This document shows positions 1 through 12,566 of a DNA stretch of 64,000 bases, piece by piece. The position numbers were made by a program, and so were the translations under genes. Source of the stretch: Eledone cirrhosa (taxonomy: Eukaryota). Positions within the stretch are counted from its first letter, which is position 1, and each line of letters begins with the position of its first letter. A model generated the notes under the pieces. It did no database searches. It was not told the DNA's origin and worked only from the letters and a program-made list of their open reading frames with translations. Location of the stretch: assembly GCA_964016885.1 (NCBI GenBank), contig OZ024755.1, forward strand, positions 39,246,001-39,310,000, given 5' to 3'.

Positions 1-30
1 CCAGCCTTTACAGTCACCTTCTTCCCCTCT

Positions 31-85
<55 letters not shown>

Positions 86-284
86 GTCTCCCTTGCTCTC
101 TCCATCGGTTTATATATCTATCTATATATAATAAGACTAAATCATAATAACATTATTTCTGTCATATAACACAACGTACAGCTCAATACTTATTCAGGAT
201 AAAAACTATATCTTACAGAGCTTCATTTATATTTAGGTATAAAGTATGTATATATATATATATATATAGTATAAAGTATATATA

Positions 285-390
<106 letters not shown>

Positions 391-548
391 AGGAGGTTAT
401 AGTTCACTTGAAGCATTGTGTAATGAGGTATAAACGTTTGTGTATGTATAATAAAGCCAAAACAATGCAGGTATGGACATAGAATAGAAAATGCAAATGC
501 AAAATATATTGTTGACAATTATCTTTTACCTTAGATTTATTTAAATGT

Positions 549-583
549 CCTTAATTTTCGAGATAATATCTCTTCTTCGGAGG
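549..583 (-). ncRNA. Minimal type I hammerhead, core variant CCGAAGA
   Basis: Reverse complement of 673-707. Confidence 0.55.
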
Positions 584-672
584 GAAGTAAAGCGGTTAAA
601 CCATGCTGACAGGAATGACTGTCAGCATGACTTGGCAAGCTATTTAGAACACTGGTTTAACCGCTTTACTTC

Positions 673-707
673 CCTCCGAAGAAGAGATATTATCTCGAAA
701 ATTAAGG
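673..707 (+). ncRNA. Minimal type I hammerhead, core variant CCGAAGA (possibly impaired)
   Basis: cct-CCGAAGA-agagata t tatctc-GAAA-AT-TA-agg; AATAAA downstream. Confidence 0.55.
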
Positions 708-822
708 ACATTTAAATAAATCTAAGGTAAAAGACTAATTGTCAACAATATCTTTTGCATTTGCATTCTTTATTCTATGTCCATACCTGCATTGTTTTAG
801 ATTTATTATACATATACAAACG

Positions 823-878
<56 letters not shown>

Positions 879-938
879 CAAGGGCTATGATACCATCGAC
901 ACCATAAACACAGAGCTGGCATATCTAAGAACTAACTA

Positions 939-994
939 ACTGCCTGATGAGGTCATAGCCATACAATGGCTATCATCGAAATATATGTAGCAGT
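939..994 (+). ncRNA. Type I hammerhead ribozyme (family C)
   Basis: actgc-CTGATGA-ggtcatagcca..tggctatcatc-GAAA-TATATG-TA-gcagt; in a TA-flanked island ~875-1040; homologue at 58858 with a compensatory stem II change. Confidence 0.8.
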
Positions 995-1035
995 AAATAC
1001 AGGATTATGAGTTCACGCAATTGACTTATGTTTCG

Positions 1036-1110
<75 letters not shown>

Positions 1111-1112
<2 letters not shown>

Positions 1113-1547
1113 GGTACCGCGGCCGATTAACTCAATCGATATGCAAATTAGGCTGCTCAGCCGTTAATATGCATAAGGAAAGTATATACTTTCAGACGTT
1201 CAACCTTCTGGCAGGAAGGTATACGTTGCTGACGATAGCTAATAAGCTTGAAACTAGTACAGCGTTCCTTTGTCAGTGTTGAACAAATGAGCAACGATGG
1301 TTGCTAGACACTGTACGGCTTAATTCGGGATGTTTGTTTACAAACACACCGAGCATTATAATAAATGTTCGGTGAATCCATACGTACATATATATATATA
1401 TGCGTGCTTGTATGTATATATATATATATATACATACTACTGTACGTCTGTATACATATATGTATGTACGTATACATACTTATATTTAAGTAACAGCCGT
1501 ACTAAGAGGGGGAAATGAAATTTCGTTTCATTTTTTCCGTTTTAAAT
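1111..1547 (+). mobile_element. Diverged monomer of the ~470-bp retrozyme-like family E
   Basis: Reverse-complement homologue of the 39457-40874 units; TA-flanked. Confidence 0.8.
1224..1264 (+). ncRNA. Type I hammerhead ribozyme (family E)
   Basis: cgttg-CTGACGA-tagct aata agctt-GAAA-CTAG-TA-cagcg. Confidence 0.8.
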
Positions 1548-1613
1548 ATATATATATATAGCGAAATAAAATAACAAGGACCAATGGTCCCTCCTTCATT
1601 ACGTTTATTGGTC

Positions 1614-1697
1614 GGTGACGCGCGTTTCGCCACTGATCAGCTCAAGGTTCGAGTGTATCGATTTATCCGGACTCTGTAAACCGTGGCTCGTCAGACC
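1614..1697 (-). ncRNA. Type I hammerhead with long stem II insert
   Basis: Minus strand: ggt-CTGACGA-gccac..(~50 nt)..gtggc-GAAA-CGCGCG-TC-acc, then AATAAA. Confidence 0.75.
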
Positions 1698-2181
1698 CCT
1701 TATAATGGTAATGGAAAAATGAATATACATGCCGTATGAGAAAGTCTGATGTTCCTATGGTGGTCAGTGAAGATGTTTTGATTGGTGGGTTAATTCATAG
1801 GGATGTATGTGGGTGGGTGCGGTGATAAGTTGCCGGACATAGGTTGAATTGGGGGGGGGGTCGGGGTGCTGATTGTCGCTAGACAGTTTGGCATGTAGAT
1901 GTGGCTGACTTTTCTGTGTGGTGTGGGTGTGGTGGTGTTGCGGTTTATGATACAAGATGAAAGGCTGCGGTGTTCGGGTGGGGGGACATGTGTAGTAGTG
2001 GATTGTTAAGGGGGCTCATGGTATAAGAAGTTAATGTTCAGAGTGTATGTAAAAACATATAGATACATATATACACGCAACCAGACAGAAATATTAGATA
2101 CAGACACAAGGAGCTTCCAACAGGAATGGTCGCATTCTTTAAGGGTATGTCAATATTTATTTATAAAGCTGATCTATATTA

Positions 2182-2247
2182 TATTTTATCTGATGAAAGA
2201 GCACCATAATTTGCCTTTGGTGTCCTTGCAATATGTATAATGAAATA
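2182..2247 (+). ncRNA. Degenerate hammerhead (family A relative)
   Basis: tattttat-CTGATGA-stem II-GCAA (instead of GAAA)-TATGTA-TA-atgaaata; downstream sequence matches the family A tail. Confidence 0.55.
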
Positions 2248-2349
2248 AATATGGTTTTATAAATAGTTTCCATTTGTTAATATATTGTATATATATATAT
2301 ATGGATCGATCGACTTTCGTCAAATCGGACCGAGGAAACAATGTTTCCG

Positions 2350-2517
2350 TTGGTCTTTCCAGTTGCTAGTACTATCTATCGGTCGCAACTCCAGGTAGAA
2401 GGAGCAACGTGTAATAAAGTGTCTTGCTCAAGGACATAATGCATCGCCCTGTCCAGGAATCGAACTCACAACCTCAAGATTGTGAATCCAATTCTCTAAC
2501 CATTCAGCCACACGCCA
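2350..2517 (-). mobile_element. tRNA-derived SINE family 2 (CORE-like domain)
   Basis: B box GTTCGATTCC on the minus strand followed by TGTCCTTGAGCAAGACACTT; second copy at 20590-20760. Confidence 0.75.
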
Positions 2518-2809
2518 TGGGGAGGGCGATTGCACAAACATACGTAACACACAGACACACACACATGCAGTGTTTAGGATGGGATGTTAGGTGTGGTATG
2601 TGTTGGTGAGGTTGATGGTTGTGGATGTATGGCGATGTGTTTGGTGGTGTGCGGGGGGGGGGTCTTGGGTGCGACATGATATTTAGAGGATCGAATGTTA
2701 CGGTGGGTATAATACACTCGGTCTAGCTCTACACCTCGACACTGAGTGAACCTAAACATCGAGTGCTCACTCGGATGATCCTACAGTGACTTCCAGTTGC
2801 ACTCCCTGG

Positions 2810-2914
<105 letters not shown>

Positions 2915-3002
2915 ATGAAAAATTGAACAGGGACAGAACAGAGAGGCAGTACAATAAATGTTTATTAAATTCACGCTCAGGAGAGTGGGGGGTAGGTGGG
3001 GG

Positions 3003-3034
3003 ACGACGTTTCGGGCATAAGCCCTTCTTCAGGT
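3003..3034 (-). ncRNA. Minimal hammerhead (family G), short stem I
   Basis: ac-CTGAAGA-agggc ttat gccc-GAAA-CG-TC-gt; relative at 35233-35264. Confidence 0.6.
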
Positions 3035-3407
3035 GAGAAGTGTGTGGGAACAGAGTTCAAAAGGTGTGTAGGGGAGTGGTGGAGAGACATATAGCGAAAG
3101 GAAACGTTGCGAATGAAAAATTAACAAATAAAGACAAAAAATATAATAAATAAAAATAAAGCATGATCAAAATACAAGGAAGGAGAAAATTTGAAAATAC
3201 AGGCATGATCAAAATAAACTGAAATTAAAAGAGGGGTAAACAGGTGGTGGAAGGGTGTGGGGTGAGTAGGGGTGGTGGCGGGTGGAGTGGGGAGAGGGAG
3301 ACGGGGTGTCCGAGCGGGGAGGGCTGAAGGTGGTGTGTGTGGTTAGGTGTACGTGTGTGTGTGTGTGTGTATGTGAAAGTGAGGGTTGGGGGAAGAACGG
3401 GGTTGCA

Positions 3408-3486
<79 letters not shown>

Positions 3487-3490
3487 TAAT

Positions 3491-3683
3491 TAACGAAGGA
3501 AATGTGGTAAGGAACCAGGTGGACCATAACGCACCAAAGTACTCAATACTTAGGGTAGTAGAGTGGGTAATAGGAACAAGTAAGACCCCGACGGCTGAGC
3601 TCAAGCCGTTTCAACGGCTAATTCAGTACAGAATTAGCCGTTGAAACGGCTTGAGCTCAGCCGTCGGGGTCTTACTTGTTCTT
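3491..3683. mobile_element. Fold-back element family N (palindrome 3571-3683)
   Basis: Same ~193-bp structure at 14803-14996 and 15015-15208; each arm carries a hammerhead 3' half. Confidence 0.8.
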
Positions 3684-3733
3684 ATATATTAATTAAGATA
3701 TATATTAAGAAGTGCATTATTAACAACCAAAGT

Positions 3734-3766
<33 letters not shown>

Positions 3767-3789
3767 CACACACTTTGGTTGTTAATAAT

Positions 3790-3970
3790 TGTTTCTACTT
3801 TAGGCACAAGGCCAACAATTACCCAGTGCATTACTGGTACTTTATTTTATCGACCCCGTAAGGATGAAAGACAAAGTCAACCTCGGCGGGATTTGAACTC
3901 AGATCGTAAAGGGACGTAACTATGCTGTAAAGCATGGCGTCCGACCCTCTACCGATACTGCCAATCCACC
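3790..3970 (-). mobile_element. tRNA-derived SINE family 1 (Deu/Nin-like core)
   Basis: A box TGGCAGTATCGG, B box GTTCAAATCC, core CTTTCATCCTTACGGGGTCGATAAA; AATAAT TSD at 3784-3789 and 3971-3976. Confidence 0.9.
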
Positions 3971-4130
3971 AATAATGCACTTCTTAATATATATCTTAAT
4001 TAATTACCAAGACAAACGCTAATTATATGCAAATTAGTACGTCCTTCTCAGGATAATACTATAAGCGAATGGTTATATTTACTCATCAAATACATGTCTC
4101 CTTGTGGTTGATTAGATGATATACACGTCT

Positions 4131-4167
4131 TCTGATGAGGGTCAAAATAGATCCGAAAATCGATTAA
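4131..4167 (+). ncRNA. Hammerhead core with decayed stem I
   Basis: CTGATGA-gggtc aaaata gatcc-GAAA-ATCGAT-TA. Confidence 0.55.
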
Positions 4168-4320
4168 CTTCTTTTTCCTTTTACAGGGAAATTTATATTT
4201 TCTGGCATATTTTACATGTCTACATATTAGACGTATATAATATATTCATGACGCTGGTCGGTCCGGTAACATAATCAGTATTAATGCAGAGATAAGTTTA
4301 ACATGTATATATATAAATAT

Positions 4321-4370
<50 letters not shown>

Positions 4371-4591
4371 TTACACAAACACACATTATATATATATATA
4401 TATATACACATATATATGTGTGTGCGTGTGTGTGTAAATAAATACATATATATATATACTGATTTACGCACACACATTATATATATATTAATGCAATGAA
4501 ATACCAATGACCGTTGGCAAATCACTGATGAGGGACTCATTTTATAACATGTTATCCATGTACAACCTTGCAGTATTCTTCTCCCCATATT

Positions 4592-4630
<39 letters not shown>

Positions 4631-5063
4631 CATAAATATGTGAGTGTGTGAGTGTGCGTGTCTATGTGTGTGTGTATGTGCGAGTGATGTCTGAAATTGT
4701 AATTGCGCATAAGAACGTTAATGGTCGAAGAAAGTAAAAAAATTGTGAAAATCTGCGTTATTTGATATTTCTCGCAAGGTTTATCTCTCTATATTTCTCA
4801 GATATCTACTATTTATATGTATACTGGGAGGTTGAGGCTGCCAATCATTGTTATTGCTGCTATTTCATTTGTCCAGTTTTATATCTATCAGCCTCTTAAT
4901 TCACTCGTAAAATTATTCGACGCCCAGGGCTGCATTTTATTGCTTCTTAGGATTGTGTTTTACAATTTCACGTTATGTATTTCTTGTAAAGCTATTGACC
5001 AAATAAGAATACACACATACACTTACTCACAAAAACAACACGTATGTATATATATATATATAT

Positions 5064-5368
5064 GAGGAGGTTATAGTTCAAACCCCTTTTAAAGGGAGAC
5101 TACTCTTTATCCATCTAATTTTAACTCTTTGACATTAGAGATAGAACAGATACTCTATACTATTTCCTGTCAGCATGGCTTGGCAAGATATTTAGAAGGC
5201 TGGTTTGAGACCTTTATTTCCCTCTGAAGAAGAGATATTATCTCGAAAATTAAGGACATTTAAATAAATCTAAGGTAAAAGACAATTTGTCAACAATATC
5301 TTTTGCAATTGCATTCTTTTTCTATGTCCATACCTGCATTGTTTTGGCTTTATTATACATATTCAAAC

Positions 5369-5372
<4 letters not shown>
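5064..5372 (+). mobile_element. Family D element with a short inverted 3'-end stub
   Basis: Homologous to 389-823; starts with GAGGAGGTTATAGTTCA as at 389; TA-flanked. Confidence 0.75.
5221..5255 (+). ncRNA. Minimal type I hammerhead (family D, intact core)
   Basis: cct-CTGAAGA-agagata t tatctc-GAAA-AT-TA-agg. Confidence 0.75.
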
Positions 5373-5436
<64 letters not shown>

Positions 5437-5505
5437 ATATGAAGTATTTCCGTATGAAATGTAAAGAAAAAGAGTGTGCTCTATGTAGACTACAGAGCTC
5501 TTTCG

Positions 5506-5627
5506 TTATGTAATAAACAAAATAAGATAATTATTTCATTTACCAGTGGATTTTTGAAGACAGATATTTATATCTGTCTTCAAGAAACCACTGGTAAATA
5601 AATTAATTATCTTATGTTGTTTATTAC

Positions 5628-5630
<3 letters not shown>
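5506..5630. repeat. ~125-bp imperfect palindrome
   Basis: Centred on ACAGATATTTATATCTGT; abuts GAAA-GAGCTC-TG on the minus strand. Confidence 0.8.
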
Positions 5631-5695
<65 letters not shown>

Positions 5696-5979
5696 GCGGG
5701 TGTTTTATGTAAGAATTGTTTATACACACACACACACACACACACACACGTATGTATGTATGTATGTATGTATGTATGTATGTATGTATGTATGTATGTA
5801 TGTATGTATGTATGTATGTATGTGTGTGTGTGTGTGTGTGTGTGTAGTGTAGTGTTTAAATGCAGGCAAATTCATTCTACACTTCGTTTGTTTCTCTTGT
5901 TCCAAGATGAGAAGTTAGTTCCGCTTGACTTATACTCCTCAAATCATGGGACCCCTTTCAATAATGACGGCCTAAACTC

Positions 5980-6180
5980 AATAGTTTCTGATTTAGGTAC
6001 AAGGCTAGTAAATTTGGGGTAGGGGAAATTCGATTAAATCGCCCCAGTGCGTGACTGTTACTTTATTTTATCGACCATATAAAGCTAACCGCGGCAGGAT
6101 TTGAACTCAGAACGTAAAGGGTAATGAGTCTCTGCCGTGAGGCAGGGGGTCTGACCCTCTACCGGTTCTGCGAATCTATC
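5980..6180 (-). mobile_element. Diverged SINE family 1 copy
   Basis: GGATTTGAACTCAGAACGTAAAG and other family motifs. Confidence 0.75.
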
Positions 6181-6949
6181 TTTCGACGCCCTAAATTTAA
6201 TAATTTCTGGTATAAGTTCATTCAGTTAGATTATTGTTAATGCTGTTGTAACGCTTGGAGAAGGAAGACAGTTGCTCAGATATATGATTTGTTTATTTAA
6301 TAACAGAACACTTATCTTTGAACTGTTGCCTAATTGTTACTGTAATTGAGTTTTACATCTGCTTATATTATTTCTATTCAGTAGTAATTGTAGGGATGTG
6401 TTTATTTCAATGTTTTCACCAGAGTAGATTAGATAGTTATTCTTTACTGCCCTTGATCTTAACGAGGTTTAATATCTCAACATAATCTGTTTATAAAAAT
6501 CCACGACATATCGTGCTGGGTTTATTAGTTATAAGAGGGCTTAACGACTGCCGCCGAAAGTAAGATACTTATTTGCCAGGTAAGTGAACTACAGAAATCT
6601 TGTATAGTTATGGTAATTATATCAGCTCGACATCAAAGAGTATTTCAGGGGAAGGAACTGGACTCTTCATAAAAATATACTTTAAGTACGAATCCATGAT
6701 TTCTATCTTTTTACCAACATTAGACTAAGATACGATTTTTATAGAGTAAACAGGCTTATTGAGAACTGATGCCTTCAGATGAAACACTTCAGCTATGGAG
6801 AGGCAACGGAATGTAGTTCTTGCTAGATCCTGTCATCAAACTCTCCATATGGTTTAAATACACAGGAAGTCTCCTATTTCTGAATGGCTAAATCTCAGCA
6901 GAAGGGCATCCAGGAATCATGGACTGGATGCGGCCTGGATCCCTTAGAG

Positions 6950-9183
6950 CAATGGTTCTCAACGGGGCGCATATGCACCCCCAGGGGGCGTTTCGGAACT
7001 CCAGGGGGGGGGGGGGCGTTTAGGAGCAAGGGGGCATTAGGGGAGATTTGGGAGCTTTGGAGTGCATTGGACGGCTCTTTACTTTGGAAAGTTTTATAAG
7101 CCATATTTGTATGTCTTTGAGACAGCCAGTGTGAATGCATTTGAATGAGCATGCAGACAGCATAACTATGGTCTGACCGCAGGTGTGCAGGCGTGTTTAG
7201 ACATTAACCGGCAATTGAGAACCTAACAATGAAAAACCCCACAGTCAACTGGGTCAAGGACACTTCAAGAGCAGCCAGTTAGAATCTTGTCTTTCCTTCA
7301 CCCATAACAATGTATTTTATGTCTGAAATTATTGACTCAACCGTAACGAGTTAACACTAAATAGATCTATTTTATTTCCTATTGTATAAATAATATTACA
7401 AATAAAAAAAGAAAAAAAAACACAGAAGCGGGTAGCACACACATCTAGGACCACATATAACACACATTGTATCATGAGCTACGGACGACGCAAGAGCAAT
7501 GGTCGGCCAACATAAGGGTTTTGTCACTCTTCTGAAGAGAAAAAATCTATATGTATTTGCTGTTCATTGTGTTATTCATCGACAACACTTGGCTGCGAAG
7601 AAACTCAGCAAGCCTCTGAGCAAGTCTTTGCAGGTGGCCATTGATGTCATCAATTTTATCAAACGGCATTCTCTCAATGAACGAATTTTCGGCAACTGTG
7701 CCAAGATAATGACGAAGAATTTGTCAAATTGCTCCTTTATACTGAAGTGAGGTGGCTTTCAAAGAGCAAGTGCCTTATTCACTTCTTTGAACTCTTCGAC
7801 TCTATCATTGAGTTTCTGCGAGGACGCAACACAGAACTGTACAAGAAAACCCTTGATATGAGGCAAGACTGCACCTACCTCACTGACATCTTAGACAAAT
7901 GCAATAGCGTCATTTTGGCTTTGCAGGGGAAGAATATTACCTTGCTTTAAGCAAGGAATGCTGTGAAAACATTCCTGGCCAAATTGAATGTCATCGAAAG
8001 GAATCTTTGTTGACGGGAATTCTATAATTTTCCTAGTGTCGCCAATGTTCAAAACATTGTAAGCGATGACCAACTCCAAATTTATACCGCTCACCTCCGT
8101 GTGCTACAAGACAACATGAGAGAACGGTTTGTCGATCTTTTGCCGATGGACATCCCAATGTGGAAGGCAGATCCTTTCATAGCTAACGTCGATGATTTGG
8201 ACGTTATATTTCTGGAAGAATTCATTGAACTCAAGCAGATGACATGATCAAAATTAGATTTTCCAAAATAGGTGAACCCCTTTTTTGGATGCAAGAGGAA
8301 ATTCAGCGTCAATTTCCACACCTACATGCAGAGGCTAAGAGATTTGCTCTGTCTTTTCCAAGCTCATACTTAGTCAGGAGGAGGTTTGGTGCTGTTTCCA
8401 GACTGCACAGTAAGGCTCGCAACCGCTACAATGTAATTACATGTGGAGATCTCTGGCTACATCTTACGAAAATCCAGCCTGACGTCGAAGAGTTTGCTAG
8501 ACTCCATAAAGTTCAAGGGTCCCATTGAAATGAGGTCAAAGTTAAAGTAAGTTGATTTATCCGAAAATTTAGATATGCTATTGTTACAAAGCAAACTCAC
8601 ATTTTTTTTTATTTGTAATTGCAGTCTGACTGGACTGGAAACCATCTGCTACAATTCACTTACTCATTTGTTGTATATATTTTACCATTTACTAATAAAT
8701 ATACCCTCCCGTGTGGTCATGAAAACCCTCTTCCGTGGTCTCTACGCTCACAAAGCAGAGGGGACATCAAGTTAGATATCAACATTTATTCTGTTTGTTT
8801 CATTAAAGGCAAAATTGGAAAGCTTTGAAATGATATAATTGCCACTTTCTTCCAGATAAGAGCACTCTTTGGATAGACAGAGTTGCTCTTGTTCAAAATA
8901 GTTCGTATCGCCTGGTGGGAATATAACAAATTCAACTGGTCCTTCATAAAAAAGAATATTTATGTTCCTTTTTTTGAAATTTATATATTTCCTTTCAAGG
9001 AATGTATTTATACCCTCAGCTGCCTGTGATGGTATGTTTGGAATATTGTTAATCAATTTTTTAGTAATCTACAGATATCAAAATCAGTAGTATATTGAAA
9101 AATAGAAAAATAGGGTAGGGTGGCGTTTCGTGATTTCGAAGGACAAAAGGGGGCGTTTGGCCTAGATGGGTTGAGAACCTGTG
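6950..9183 (+). mobile_element. hAT (Charlie/Buster-like) DNA transposon, internally deleted
   Basis: Termini CAATGGTTCTCAAC and GTTGAGAACCTGTG; perfect 8-bp TSD CCTTAGAG at 6942-6949 and 9184-9191. Confidence 0.93.
7478..8528 (+). pseudogene. hAT transposase remnant (ZBED5/SCAND3/GTF2IRD2-like class)
   Basis: Motifs ATDDARAMVG, HCVIHRQHLA, LLYTEVRWLS, FPSSYL across frameshifts and stops. Confidence 0.9.
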
Positions 9184-10344
9184 CCTTAGAGTGTAAAAAT
9201 TACGGGTTAAAACACTCACTTGAGGGGGCGGGGTGTCTTCTCTGGAACCTTCTGCCGTCCATCTTTCCTAAAAGTTTCTTACCACATTCTAACCACTTGC
9301 CTTATCACCGTTGTATATTCTGACAATTCCTATAAACAGAAAGAAATACGCAATTTAAATGATAATTTCTTGCGGTCAAACATTATTCTTTCAATTTTTC
9401 TCTGGCTTGATGTTTCCTTCATGTTTTTTTTTGTCGATGTAATATTTTAGGTGTGACAATCATCTCTGTCACTATTAAAAATATGGTTGAAGGGTGGGTT
9501 GGAGTTACTTCAGTGCTTACGGACTGCTTACAGATTTCGCAGTTTTCCTTTACACACATTAAAACAATGATACGCTTACGATAGCCGTTTTTTCTTTAGT
9601 AAGAGTGTTGGAATCTCTTGATGAAACATGTGGTGAGTTAAGATAATTAATTGTTCCTTCAGATTCCCACCTCAATGTGATGAATGTTAACGAAAAAGGT
9701 ATGTATCATACCACAAGGTGAGTAGATATAATGTTTTCTTTAATGTTTTGGGGAATGTATACATTTGGAAGGCTACCAAAGGGATGGCTGGAATTGGCTT
9801 TAAGTAATCTTTCAGAAACACTCGGAAAGATGAACACCAGTGGCTAAAATTATCATAGGAAACCATTGCCAGGCATCGGTTACAACGGAATCAAAACGTG
9901 CCAAATATTATTGGAACTTATTCACACATCTGTGGAAATATTCAGTATGGATTCTTCAGAATTCTTCCAACCTGGGTGGTAATTCTATTAGAGGTTAATA
10001 TTCAAGGTTCATCGGGAGTTTTTGTTAGAGATATTATACAACAAGCGTTCTGATGACCCTTGAATAGATCTCAACATCCTGCTTTATTGAAAGAATTTAG
10101 GAAATTATGGACGCCACCACACTACCATTGTATTATGGGATCATTAAAGGAGAAGAACCACAAATGCTTTCTATTGATTTCATACAATACATGATATTAC
10201 TATTCTGTATATGTTAGGGTAAAATTAACAGAATAGACCATAGAAAATTACTGGTACGGACTTTATTTTGCCTAAAGGAAAATGGAAGGGAAAAGGTGGT
10301 TTTTACATGTTAAATGAAAAGAGAAAAACAGGAGAAAATATATT

Positions 10345-10527
10345 GTGTATTTACTCCAACGAACTACAATTGTAGTCACCCCGATTTATCTGGTGACTGG
10401 AGTTCTACAGACCAGACAGTGTATTTACTCCAGCTGGCTACAACTGTAGTCACCCCGATTTATCTGGTAACTGGAGTTCTACAGACCAGACAGTGTATTT
10501 ACTCCAGCTGGCTACAACTGTAGTCAC
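10345..10527. repeat. 74-bp tandem repeat, ~2.5 copies
   Basis: TGTAGTCAC recurs at 10371, 10445 and 10519. Confidence 0.9.
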
Positions 10528-10547
10528 ATACGTAAATGCATACATAT

Positions 10548-11376
10548 AAACTCAGAACGTAAAGGGATGTAACTCTATGCTTCGAAGCATGTTGTCCGAA
10601 GCTCTACCGACACTGCCAATCCACCACCCCTCTCTCTCAGTATATATTTGTTTCTACTTTTGGCACAAGGCCAGCAATTACCCAAGTGTATTACTGGTAC
10701 TTTATTTTATCGACATCGTAAGAATGAAAGGCAAAGCTAATCTCGCCAGGATTTGAACTCAGAACGTAAAGGCCACAACTCTATGCTGCAAAGCATGGTG
10801 TCTGACTCTACCGATTAAATAATTGTTTCTACTTTAGGTACAAGGCCAGCAATCATCGCAGTGTATTACTGGTACTTTATTTTATCGACCCCGCAAGGAT
10901 GAAAGGCAAAGTTAACCTCGGCGGGATTTGAACTCAGAATGGAAAGGGCCTTAACTCTATGCTTGGCGTCCGACCCTCTACCGATACTGCCAATCCACCT
11001 ATTAAATAATTGTTTCTACTTTTGGCACAAGGCCAGCAAATACCCAGAGCATTACTGGTACTTTATTTTAACGACCCCGTAAGGATGAAAGGCAAAGTTA
11101 ACCTCGGCGGGATTTGAACTCAGAATGGCAAGGGCCGTAACTCTATGCGTCAAAGCATGGCGTCCGACCCTCTACCGATACTGTTAAATAATTGTTTCTA
11201 CTTTTGGCACAAGGCCAGCAAAATATCCAGAGCATTACTGGTACTTTATTTTATCGACCCCGTAAGGATGAAAGGCAAAGTTAACCTCGGCGGGATTTGA
11301 ACTCAGAATGGCAAGGGCCGTAACTCTATGCGTCAAAGCATGGCGTCCGACCCTCTACCGATACTGCCAATCCACC
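10548..11376 (-). mobile_element. Head-to-tail cluster of ~5 family 1 SINEs
   Basis: Repeated TTGTTTCTACTTT.GG.ACAAGGCCAGCAA...GGATTTGAACTCAG units separated by TTAAATAA. Confidence 0.9.
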
Positions 11377-11574
11377 GTTAAATAATAAACAGTATATAGA
11401 CGTACGTAAACAACAGAGGACAACGATTCCATAGAATGAGAGAAGGGACAGGTTTTATTCTAATAAATGTCTCCATTTGTCTGTGAATATTTGAGGTCTG
11501 TCACTTGGCTGACCAAGTGTATTGCAGGCGTATATCTCTATAGAAGGCTGTGTTAGTTTATATAACTGTACCAC

Positions 11575-12130
11575 TGTGTGTGTGTCTGTGTGTCAGTGTG
11601 TGTGGGAGTGTGTGTATATGTCTCTGTGTGTGTGGTGTGGGTGTGGTGTGGGTGTGTGGGTGTGTTATGTGTGTCTGTGTGTGTAAATGCGTGTGTATCT
11701 GTGTCTGCCTGCCTGTGTGTGTCTGTGTGTCAGTGTGTGTGGGTGTGTGTGTATATGTCTCTGTGTGTGTGGTGTGGGTGTGGTGTGGGTGTGTGTGGTG
11801 TGGGTGTGGTGTGTGTGTGTGTGTGTTTATGTGTGTCTGTGTGTGTAAATGCGTGTGTATCTGTGTCTGCCTGCCTGTGTGTGTCTGTGTGGGAGTGTGT
11901 GTGTATGCGTTTGTATGTGTGAGAGTGTCTATGTGTGTGAGTGTATGTGTATCTTTGTCTCTGTGTGTGTGTGTGTGTGTGTGTGTGCGGTAGTGTGTAT
12001 ATGTGATTGTCTCTCTGTATTTGTGTGTATGTATGTGAGTGTGTATGTATCTGTGACTGTCTATGTCTATCTGTGTATGTATCTGTGTATGTATCTATAT
12101 ATCTATATATATATATATATGTGTGTCTGA
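11575..12130. repeat. Degenerate (TG)n tract with internal duplication
   Basis: TG-rich low complexity; TAAATGCGTGTGTATCTG block occurs twice. Confidence 0.85.
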
Positions 12131-12220
12131 TTCTATATATGGCAGTGTATAAAGAAGTCACTGATAGTTTATAGTGTTATGCAAACGTTGTAACGACATT
12201 TACACCTGATTTAATAACAG

Positions 12221-12372
12221 ATATCTACATTGTACGTTAGGGCAACTCTAGAAAGTCGTGGTAAACATCCAGCTAACCAACCCAGCAATACTTCACATAC
12301 TCTGCCAGTTTGTCATCTTCAGTCGTACTCTATCGACTGGAGAACTTTGTTCTCACAAATTATATTACAAAT
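12221..12372 (+). CDS. Candidate host coding exon (unknown protein)
   Basis: taacag|...|gtaaat; 152 nt open as ISTLYVRATLES...LFSQIILQ; phase joins 20021-20149. Confidence 0.35.
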
Positions 12373-12566
12373 GTAAATAAGAAAACAATTTCATATTCTC
12401 TATACATACAGAGCGGGTGATACATTGTGTCCTTGAACAAGTCACTTTATTACACCTTGCTACAGTCAACTCTCCCGGTATACATGAGTTGTGACAACAC
12501 TAGTGTCAAAATCTATTCATCTTATCCTTTCTCTGGGACAACATGCCATATTGTGTGTATATAGTG

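Larger units (their letters stand above)
6770..9300 (+). pseudogene. Possible highly decayed CR1/L2-like LINE 3' fragment split by the hAT insertion
   Basis: LKHFSYGER-like peptide before and LWNLLP after the hAT element. Confidence 0.35.

Noticed and set aside
4524-4545. Isolated CTGATGA
   Set aside because: No stem II-GAAA partner follows
9663-10253. Possible micro-exons (9663-9698/9717, ~10217-10252)
   Set aside because: Short, splice-site evidence only, and phases do not chain unambiguously with the other candidate exons
11550-12161. Cys/Val- and His/Thr-rich ORFs
   Set aside because: (TG)n/(CA)n repeat translations
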